Assembly: GCA_030645735.1 (NCBI GenBank)
Contig: JAUSNP010000004.1
Coordinates: 76,739-127,460 of the forward strand
DNA from: Candidatus Moraniibacteriota bacterium
Lineage (GTDB): Bacteria > Patescibacteriota > Minisyncoccia > Moranbacterales > UBA2206
Reading direction: 5' to 3'
Length of the DNA: 50,722 bases
The position numbers and the translations under genes were made by a program. Each line of letters starts with the position of its first letter. Within the stretch, counting starts at the first letter, position 1. Below the pieces are notes generated by a model. The model was not told the origin of the DNA and ran no database searches. It was given only the letters and a program-made list of their open reading frames with translations. Below, in pieces: positions 39,237-46,683 of this stretch.

Positions 39237-39315
39237 TATTGTCATTCCCGTGGAAACGGGAATCTAGTATCCAAGCTCTGTGACTAGATTCCCGATCAGG
39301 TCGGGAATGACAATA
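39237..39315. repeat. REP doublet of ATTCCC-N8-GGGAAT units (dRS3/RPE-like architecture)
   Basis: TATTGTCATTCCCGTGGAAACGGGAATCTAGT...ACTAGATTCCCGATCAGGTCGGGAATGACAATA. Confidence 0.85.
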
Positions 39316-39316
39316 C

Positions 39317-39505
39317 TTAATCTATACTGTTCTTAGCATGAATATAGATAAATAGAATAAACAAAGAAATCACACCCACAATCGCCAATGTACCAAAGGC
39401 ATTTTCAGAATCCAATTTACCCGCCAGCCATTCCATATACAGCGGGTAATATTTTTGAGCTAATTGCTCAATCTGAGTAGGTAAATTTTTTATAATTTCA
39501 ATCAT
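39317..39505 (-). CDS. Small membrane protein, probably leaderless
   Basis: MIEIIKNLP..., one C-terminal TM; TGCTATAAT 6 nt before the ATG. Confidence 0.6.
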   Translation of the reverse strand: MIEIIKNLPTQIEQLAQKYYPLYMEWLAGKLDSENAFGTLAIVGVISLFILFIYIHAKNSID

Positions 39506-39580
39506 ATTGACATTATAGCACAATAAAAAAACTGCCTTAGTTAATAAAGCAGTTTTTTTATTATGCTAGATATCTATTTT

Positions 39581-40645
39581 TTAGTTCCCACAACTAGCTG
39601 CGCTAGCTGAGGCTGAGGCTGTACCTTCGCCAAAGCCTGCTGCCGGAGCAGTGGCTGACAATTTAGCAGTCTCACATTCTTTGGGTGCATTGTTGAAAGC
39701 ACCGCAGATAGCTTTCAATATACTAGCTGAATCTCGTCCAGATTGCGCAGTCACACCATTCACAACTAGTGTTGGTGATCCTTGCACGCCATATTTCACA
39801 TTATCTGCTTTATCTACGCCGAATGGAGGGAATTGTCCATTACTCCATTTGCTCTTGTCAGCAGCGTCGGCCTTCACATTAAATTGTGTATCAGCTTGTG
39901 CCACACAAGATTTGATAGCTCCAGCAGAAACTCCAGCTGAAGTCATACATGCGTCCGATGTACCTTCACCCTTCTTTAGAAAACAAGTTAGATAAGCTGA
40001 CAATCGAGCAGGTTGATTTTTTTGAATACAATATTGTCGCAAATTTTCATCGATTTCTTTGTCACCATGCATAGCATAATCTACAAATTTCAACTTGTAA
40101 TCAATTTTGCTTCCCAAAGCAGCTACTACTGGCAAAATTCCTTTTTCCATTTGTGTTCCATATGGACAATAGCTCATCACAAAAAGTTCTACGCTTGGTT
40201 TGTCATTTTTTGGAATTTCCACAGCTTCTGCTGGCGTTTGTGCATCGGCAGTTTTGTCAGCGACTTCAGTTTCCATGGCTTGTGGAAAAAACTTTTTACC
40301 ATCACGCGTCATATAAGTTGGAATCTCTTGTTCGCCAACTTTGATAGTGATTTTATATAAATCATTTTCTTCCACCGCGTCAGTTACCGTTGCTTGATTG
40401 TCCGGTGACAACAAGGTGCTGTTCACAAATTCCAAAACCTTAGTTTTGGCGCCTTCCAAGCCGATGTCAGCCTTTTTAGTTTTATAAAAATACCCACCCA
40501 CTGCCAACAAAATCACCAACAAAACTACGCCGGCAACAATATGTTTTTTCTTATCACTACAATCACAATTGCATTTGAAGAACTTTTTTGCAGCCGATTC
40601 CGTCACCGGTGCCACCACAGATTCTTCTGTTTTTATTTCGTCCAT
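39581..40645 (-). CDS. Membrane-anchored thioredoxin-fold protein (DsbA/GILT-like)
   Basis: TM anchor, VELFVMSYCPYG, MHGDKE, cis-Pro motif GVQGSPTLVVNG. Confidence 0.8.
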   Translation of the reverse strand: MDEIKTEESVVAPVTESAAKKFFKCNCDCSDKKKHIVAGVVLLVILLAVGGYFYKTKKADIGLEGAKTKVLEFVNSTLLSPDNQATVTDAVEENDLYKITIKVGEQEIPTYMTRDGKKFFPQAMETEVADKTADAQTPAEAVEIPKNDKPSVELFVMSYCPYGTQMEKGILPVVAALGSKIDYKLKFVDYAMHGDKEIDENLRQYCIQKNQPARLSAYLTCFLKKGEGTSDACMTSAGVSAGAIKSCVAQADTQFNVKADAADKSKWSNGQFPPFGVDKADNVKYGVQGSPTLVVNGVTAQSGRDSASILKAICGAFNNAPKECETAKLSATAPAAGFGEGTASASASAASCGN

Positions 40646-40712
40646 TATTTTTTATCCAACCTGATTTCAACTAACTGAACTCAGATCAAATTTTTACTTT
40701 AGTTACTTACCT

Positions 40713-40754
40713 ATTATACAGGCCATTGACTTTTCCGTCAAAATACGCTACTAT
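40713..40754. promoter_or_regulatory. Overlapping divergent sigma70 promoters
   Basis: Plus: TTGACT-17-TACTAT; minus: TTGACG-17-TATAAT. Confidence 0.7.
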
Positions 40755-40810
40755 TCAGCGTTAGGATAGAACATTTACAATAACCTCAAAAAAAAATATA
40801 AGGAGCTTCA

Positions 40811-41560
40811 ATGCACAAAGGAAAGAGGGATTTCGAAAAAGATGTACAGGAATTTAGGGATCACATACAGAAACTTCTTAGAACTCACAAATTATCGAAG
40901 ATCTATTCGTTTGTAGTTGGAATCATTGATCCAGAAAATTTTCTAGTGGAAATTTCAATCCCCACAGAAATCCTGCGCTTTCTCGAAAAAAGAACTGATA
41001 TATCTTTTGCAGAGAGTCAATTGCAAGCTATCGGAGAAAAACAAAATGCTTTTCATAAGACAGAAGGCAAGGTTTTTCTGCTGAAAGTTGCCGATGGTAA
41101 GATTATCGTGCAAGGCAATTTCGGCCTGCCTTGCCTATCCTATGCATTGGCTGACTTCTTCAGTAAGCGCAAGGACTTTGTGCGTTCGATGCACATAGAA
41201 CTAGAGGAGATGCTTCGAGAAAAAATGCCGCTTCTCTTATCTAAAAAAAGAACTTTGAGCACCAGCTGTCAAAAAGGCGGGACTTGCAAAGTAATTATCC
41301 GCCTCAATCCAATCGTTATGAGCTTGGATGGGCACTCGCAGCACAACTTAACCGAAAAGTCTGAACGCATCTGTAATGTCTTCCAGTATCCCATTGAATC
41401 TCATTTAAAAATAGATTCTGGAAATGGCGTCTATGTTGGTAAACTAACAATTGTTTCGACAATCACTGTGACCGGAAAAAATCCGGCAGAAATAGTTTCC
41501 AAAATTCATGATGAGCTATACAAGAGGCCAGACTTCAAATATCTGACCACTAAAATTTAA
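40811..41560 (+). CDS. Hypothetical protein (orphan-like)
   Basis: 249-aa ORF with AGGAG RBS, its own promoter and terminator. Confidence 0.75.
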   Translation: MHKGKRDFEKDVQEFRDHIQKLLRTHKLSKIYSFVVGIIDPENFLVEISIPTEILRFLEKRTDISFAESQLQAIGEKQNAFHKTEGKVFLLKVADGKIIVQGNFGLPCLSYALADFFSKRKDFVRSMHIELEEMLREKMPLLLSKKRTLSTSCQKGGTCKVIIRLNPIVMSLDGHSQHNLTEKSERICNVFQYPIESHLKIDSGNGVYVGKLTIVSTITVTGKNPAEIVSKIHDELYKRPDFKYLTTKI

Positions 41561-41648
41561 CCGAGGAGGTTTTATTAAAACAACCCCAACAAAAAAAGCA
41601 TCAACCGCCGCGACGGTTTGGTGCTTTTTATATTTTTCAAATATTTTT

Positions 41649-43607
41649 TTATTTCAACTGCAACTTTCGCAACTGCAAAATCTCATCGCGAATGATGGCT
41701 GCTTTTTCAAATTGCAAGGCTTTGGAAGCTGCTTTCATTTCTTTTTCTTTTTGCCGGATATAACCCTGCACATCTTCCAAGGATTCCAACTCGGAGAAAT
41801 CACGCGTGAATTCTGGCTTGATTTCATGATCCACAATTGATTCAATGTTTTTCTTGATGGTTTGTGGTGTGATGTGATGTTTTTTGTTATACGCTGTTTG
41901 CACTGCGCGTCGGCGATTGGTTTCATCAATCGCCCGCTTCATGGAACCGGTGATTTTGTCCGCATACAAAATGACGCGTCCGGAAACATTGCGCGCTGCC
42001 CGCCCAATAGTTTGAATCAATGATGTTTCACTGCGCAAGAAGCCTTCTTTGTCAGCATCCAAAATTGCCACCAAGGAAACTTCTGGCAAATCCAAGCCTT
42101 CACGCAAAAGATTGACACCCACCAAAACATCAAATTCTCCGCGTCGCAAATTTTCCAAAATCCGAATGCGATCCAGCGTGTCCACATCAGAATGCAGATA
42201 TTCCGTCTTGATGCTATTTTCTTTCAAAAATTCTGACAAATCTTCCGCCATCTTTTTCGTCAGCGTGGTAATCAAAACTCGCTCCTGCTTGGCCACCACT
42301 TTTTCAATCTCCGGCAAAATGTCTTTGACTTGACCCTTAGCTGGCTTGATTACAATTTCTGGATCAATGAGACCGGTGGGTCGAATAATTTGTTCCAACA
42401 CCTGCGCTGAATTTTTCTTTTCATATTCCGCTGGTGTAGCCGAAGTAAAAATCATCTGATTGATTTTCTTTTCAAATTCAACAAACTTCAAGGGTCGATT
42501 ATCATAAGCGCTCGGCAAGCGAAAACCATTTTCCACCAAAGCCGTCTTGCGCGAAAAATCACCATTGAACATCCCGCCAATTTGGGGAATGGTCACATGT
42601 GATTCATCCACCACCATCAAAAAGTCCTTCGGAAAATAGTCGATCAAAGTGTCTGGCGCCTCACCAGCATTTCTGCCAGTCAAATAGCGGGAATAATTTT
42701 CAATCCCGTTGCAATAGCCAATTTCACGCATCATCTCAATGTCTTGGCGTGTGCGACGACTCAATCTTTCGGCTTCCAAAAGTTTGCCGGCCTTTTTCAA
42801 GAGTGCCACTTGTTTTTCCAAATCCTTTTCAATCGAGCTTTGCGCTTCTTGCATGATTGGTTCCGGCACCACAAAATGCTTGGCCGGGAAAATCATCACT
42901 TGTTCCAACTTGCCCAACTCGCTACCTGTCAAAAAATCATATTCAAAAATCTTTTTCACTTTGGAATCGTGCAATTCAATGCGCGTCACAATCTCGCGTG
43001 CCGGCGACATGATCTCCACCGTCTCACCCGTCATGCGAAACTTGGAACGCCCCAACATATCGGTGCGCAGATATTGCATCTCGATCAACTCACGAGAAAT
43101 TTCATCACGTGAAATTTTTTGTCCCACTTTGATTTCCATCGCGATGTCGCGATAATATTCTGGTGAACCCAAGCCATAAATACACGACACTGAGGCCACA
43201 ATAATCACGTCCGTGCGTGACAACAAGGCCGCCGTGGATGCATGGCGCAATCGATCAATCTCTTCGTTGATTTGCGATTCCTTTTCAATATAGGTGTCAC
43301 TGGATGCGATATAAGCTTCCGGCTGATAATAGTCATAATAAGACACGAAATATTCCACCGCGTTTTTCGGAAAAAAAGTGCGAAACTCTTGCGCCAATTG
43401 GGCGGCCAAAGTTTTGTTGGGTGCAATGACTAAGGTCGGCTTTTGCACCTGCTCAATCACGTTGGCAATCGTGAAAGTCTTGCCCGAGCCAGTCACACCC
43501 AAAAGCGTCTGAAATTTCTGCCCAGCTTTGAGACCTTTGACCAATCCCGCAATCGCCTGAGGTTGGTCGCCAGATGGCACATATTTTGAGTTAATCTTGA
43601 ATTTCAT
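41649..43607 (-). CDS. uvrB: Excinuclease ABC subunit B
   Basis: GDQPQAI, GVTGSGKT, YFVSYYDYYQPEAY, DESH, QTIGRAARN, C-terminal UVR domain. Confidence 0.98.
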   Translation of the reverse strand: MKFKINSKYVPSGDQPQAIAGLVKGLKAGQKFQTLLGVTGSGKTFTIANVIEQVQKPTLVIAPNKTLAAQLAQEFRTFFPKNAVEYFVSYYDYYQPEAYIASSDTYIEKESQINEEIDRLRHASTAALLSRTDVIIVASVSCIYGLGSPEYYRDIAMEIKVGQKISRDEISRELIEMQYLRTDMLGRSKFRMTGETVEIMSPAREIVTRIELHDSKVKKIFEYDFLTGSELGKLEQVMIFPAKHFVVPEPIMQEAQSSIEKDLEKQVALLKKAGKLLEAERLSRRTRQDIEMMREIGYCNGIENYSRYLTGRNAGEAPDTLIDYFPKDFLMVVDESHVTIPQIGGMFNGDFSRKTALVENGFRLPSAYDNRPLKFVEFEKKINQMIFTSATPAEYEKKNSAQVLEQIIRPTGLIDPEIVIKPAKGQVKDILPEIEKVVAKQERVLITTLTKKMAEDLSEFLKENSIKTEYLHSDVDTLDRIRILENLRRGEFDVLVGVNLLREGLDLPEVSLVAILDADKEGFLRSETSLIQTIGRAARNVSGRVILYADKITGSMKRAIDETNRRRAVQTAYNKKHHITPQTIKKNIESIVDHEIKPEFTRDFSELESLEDVQGYIRQKEKEMKAASKALQFEKAAIIRDEILQLRKLQLK

Positions 43608-43638
43608 ATCGTTATGTTTGTGCTATAATTAAACCACA

Positions 43639-43749
43639 ATGGAAAAGAAAGTGAAAGCGACAAAAAGGGAAAGTAAAAAGAAGCTGAAAATGAAAGTTTC
43701 CGGCAAGAGTGTTTTTAAATTGAAAGACATTATTATTAAAAAAGCTTAA
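43639..43749 (+). CDS. Putative 36-aa Lys-rich small protein
   Basis: MEKKVKATKRESKKKLKMKVSGKSVFKLKDIIIKKA*; TGCTATAAT just upstream. Confidence 0.5.
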   Translation: MEKKVKATKRESKKKLKMKVSGKSVFKLKDIIIKKA

Positions 43750-43799
43750 CAAATTGAATTGACCAAATCAATCCATTGTGATAAGCTACTATAAGTTTT

Positions 43800-44162
43800 A
43801 TGAGAGTTTTAATTAGGATTTTAGCCAATTGCGCCGCTATTCTCATAGCTGCCAAATACATTCCGGGATTCATTTTTTCCGGTTCACCAACAGATCTTTT
43901 GATTGCTGGAATAGTGATTGGGCTAATCAACGGCCTAATCAAGCCAATTATTGAACTGATTGCCCTGCCAGTTGTGTTTCTAACCTTGGGACTATTTAAC
44001 ATCATTATCAATGTTGGGCTAATGCTTCTTGCGGACAAATTTCTGACCCAACTGACAATTGAAGGGTTCTGGCCAGCTTTCTGGGGCGTAGTCGTCATCA
44101 GTGTGGTAAATCATTTGATCTCGCACATGAGCAAAAATACAGGAGATGTAAATAAATTTTAA
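43800..44162 (+). CDS. YvlD-like 4-TM membrane protein (phage holin family annotation)
   Basis: GLINGLIKPI...LP..FLTLGLF.IIIN, IEGFWPAFWG. Confidence 0.88.
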   Translation: MRVLIRILANCAAILIAAKYIPGFIFSGSPTDLLIAGIVIGLINGLIKPIIELIALPVVFLTLGLFNIIINVGLMLLADKFLTQLTIEGFWPAFWGVVVISVVNHLISHMSKNTGDVNKF

Positions 44163-44175
44163 TATTTGAATAAAC

Positions 44176-44406
44176 ATGCTAAAAATTATCAACATAGCTG
44201 AAATTATCGTGGCCATCTTGCTCATCATTTCAATTTTGATGCAAAATCGTGGCGCTGGATTGTCGTCCACTTTTGGTGGAGACTTCGGAGGATATTATAG
44301 CAAGCGAGGATTTGAAAAATTTCTAACCTTATTCTCCTCTGCTCTCGCTGTAGCTTTCGTTGTTCTAGCCATCGTCAATCTAGTGCTGGCCAACAAACTT
44401 TCATAA
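44176..44406 (+). CDS. secG: Preprotein translocase subunit SecG
   Basis: ILMQNRGAGLSSTFGG...RGFEKFL between two TMs. Confidence 0.92.
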   Translation: MLKIINIAEIIVAILLIISILMQNRGAGLSSTFGGDFGGYYSKRGFEKFLTLFSSALAVAFVVLAIVNLVLANKLS

Positions 44407-44422
44407 TTAGTAAGACAAACAT

Positions 44423-46135
44423 ATTAGTAACAACTTCAAAAATCGTTGGCCGTCACTCAGTCAGTGGTCAAAAATAACTCAGGTTCTCAATCTAAAAGAA
44501 AAAATCACTTTCTATGCGTTGTTAGTTATCTTGATTAGCTCGCTAGTTGGTTGGGGTTTGATGTTTTATTATTCAAAAACCACAGTTATTGCTGACTTTG
44601 GCGGAGAATACATTGAAGGCGTGGTTGGACAACCGCTGCACATCAATCCGATTCTTTCAGTTTCCAACAATGCGGATGATGATTTGTCACAAATGATTTT
44701 CAGCAGCCTTTTCAAATATGATAACCAAGGCAAACTCATCAATGATCTTGTCGACAACTATGAAGTTTCGGACGACAAAACTCAATATACCGTTCATTTG
44801 AAAAATAATGCGCAATGGCATGACGGACAACCGCTGACAGCAACTGATGTGCTTTTCACTATCAACCTAATTGCAGATCCAGCCTACAAAAGTCCCTTGC
44901 GATCCAACTGGCAAGGCATTGAGACTAATAGCTCCGATGACTATACTTTGAATTTTCAAATCAAAACCCCCTATGTTGGATTTCTCAATAATCTGACTTT
45001 TGGAATTTTGCCTAAGCATATCTGGGAATCGATTGGACCAGACAAATTTTCTTTGACTAATCTCAATTTAGAACCTATTGGTAGCGGGCCCTACAAATAT
45101 AGTCCGTCTTTTATGAAAGATTCTGCTGGCAACATTCTTTCTTACAAATTGGCTGCTAATCCCAATTATTTTGGAGGTAAGCCCTATATATCTAAAATAA
45201 CTTTCAATTTCTATCCGGATGATGACTCAGTTATCACCGCCTACAACCAAAAAGAAGTTATGGGCATCAGTAATGTTTCGCCCAAGAAGCTAGCCGCAAT
45301 CAAACTGCAGCAAAGCACGGCCGTTCATAAATTCAATATTCCTAGATATTTTGCGGTTTTCTTTAATCAAACTAAAAGCGTGCCCTTGGCCGATGATGAA
45401 GTGCGCAAAGCCCTAAATCTAGCCACTGATCGCCAAGAAATTATCAGTTCCGTTTTGGATGGCAACGGTAATCCTGTTTATTCTCCGATTCTACCTGGAA
45501 TGATTGGCTATGATGCTGATGACAGTAAGACCAATTTTGACCTAGATCAGGCTAACAAAATTTTAGATGACAACAAATGGAAGCGCAATGAAGACGGCTG
45601 GAGAAGCAAGGGCGACACACAATTACAAATCAATCTTGCTACTACTGATTGGCCTGAACTTTCCCAAACAGCGGAAATCATCAAATCTCAATGGGAGAAA
45701 GTCGGCGTCAAAGTTGAAGTCAACAATCTCTCTATTTCTGACATTCAACAAAATTACATTCGTCCGCGAGAATATGAAGCTTTGCTTTTTGGACAAGTCA
45801 TGGGGGCTGACCCCGATCCATATTCTTTCTGGCATTCCACACAAAAAAGAGACCCAGGCTTGAATTTGGCGCTCTTTGGCGACACTGACACTGACAAGCT
45901 CATTGAGGATGGACGCACCGAATTTGACACCGAAAAACGCGCCACCATCTATCATGATTTCCAAAATAAATTGACTGATGAAATTCCTGCCGTTTTCCTC
46001 TACAGCCCTGACTATGTCTATCCAGTCAACAAAAAAATTCAAGGCGTCGATATTACAAACCTAATCCTGCCCTCCGAACGCTTTGCCAACATCGACAAAT
46101 GGTACATCAATACCAAAAGAATTTGGAATAAATAA
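44423..46135 (+). CDS. Peptide/nickel ABC transporter substrate-binding protein (family 5), membrane anchored; start uncertain (ATT 44423 or TTG 44519)
   Basis: WHDGQPLTATDVLFT, PIGSGPYK, VRKALNLATDR; frame open from 44414. Confidence 0.9.
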   Translation: MSNNFKNRWPSLSQWSKITQVLNLKEKITFYALLVILISSLVGWGLMFYYSKTTVIADFGGEYIEGVVGQPLHINPILSVSNNADDDLSQMIFSSLFKYDNQGKLINDLVDNYEVSDDKTQYTVHLKNNAQWHDGQPLTATDVLFTINLIADPAYKSPLRSNWQGIETNSSDDYTLNFQIKTPYVGFLNNLTFGILPKHIWESIGPDKFSLTNLNLEPIGSGPYKYSPSFMKDSAGNILSYKLAANPNYFGGKPYISKITFNFYPDDDSVITAYNQKEVMGISNVSPKKLAAIKLQQSTAVHKFNIPRYFAVFFNQTKSVPLADDEVRKALNLATDRQEIISSVLDGNGNPVYSPILPGMIGYDADDSKTNFDLDQANKILDDNKWKRNEDGWRSKGDTQLQINLATTDWPELSQTAEIIKSQWEKVGVKVEVNNLSISDIQQNYIRPREYEALLFGQVMGADPDPYSFWHSTQKRDPGLNLALFGDTDTDKLIEDGRTEFDTEKRATIYHDFQNKLTDEIPAVFLYSPDYVYPVNKKIQGVDITNLILPSERFANIDKWYINTKRIWNK

Positions 46136-46152
46136 ATTCTTTCAATAAAACC

Positions 46153-46178
46153 TCAAAGCTCCGCAAGGAGCTTTTTGA
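46153..46178 (+). terminator. Intrinsic terminator
   Basis: AAAGCTCC-GCAA-GGAGCTTTTT. Confidence 0.75.
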
Positions 46179-46207
46179 TTGTTCACAATTCTTCTTTTAC
46201 CAAAGAA

Positions 46208-46380
46208 CAGGGTGTCCATTTTCTTTGGCAGCAAAGAAAGTGGACGAAAAGAAACTGCTGCCCAGACTCGTGCTGTCTAAATTTCTAGCTTACTCGCTAA
46301 AATTCCAATAAGAACGCTAAAAGGATTGCTAGTATGTAATTTCTTAACGCTCGTGCGCTGAAATTTAGAAACGCACTTCG
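46208..46380 (-). repeat. Structured repeat element, type A (rod hairpin + pyrimidine tract + terminal hairpin)
   Basis: Self-complementary; parts repeated at 31147-31350. Confidence 0.75.
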
Positions 46381-46435
46381 TAATGGGCGAAACGGTTTTT
46401 TTGTTTTTTTGAGTTGTTAGTTTAAAAAAAATAAT

Positions 46436-46612
46436 CACGCACTCGCGGAATACCAAGATACAAATTGAAACTTACGAGCACTAAAAAATGCTGGTCCGGC
46501 GCGGGGCAACCGGCATTTTTTTGCGAGAAAGTTGAAAATTTGTCTTGGTATGTAGCTGTGCGGCCTTTTTCTTTTTTGCCACTTTTCTTTTGGGAAAAGA
46601 AAAATGGCGTAC
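46436..46612 (+). repeat. Structured repeat element, type B (rod hairpin + pyrimidine tract + terminal hairpin)
   Basis: ATACCAAGA/TCTTGGTAT, ACAAATT/AATTTGT and AAAAAATGCTGGT/ACCGGCATTTTTT pairings; 3' half repeated at 31232-31315. Confidence 0.78.
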
Positions 46613-46645
46613 CGTATTTTTATGCAATAAAAATAACGTGCAATT

Positions 46646-46677
46646 AAAAAACTCATCCTTGCGAATGAGTTTTTTTG
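46646..46677. terminator. Intrinsic terminator downstream of the GT-C genes
   Basis: AAAAAACTCAT...ATGAGTTTTTT. Confidence 0.65.
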
Positions 46678-46683
46678 TTGAAG

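Noticed and set aside
43800..44162. Holin-family gene as evidence of a prophage
   Set aside because: YvlD-like proteins are common chromosomal genes; neighbours are uvrB and secG, with no phage genes.
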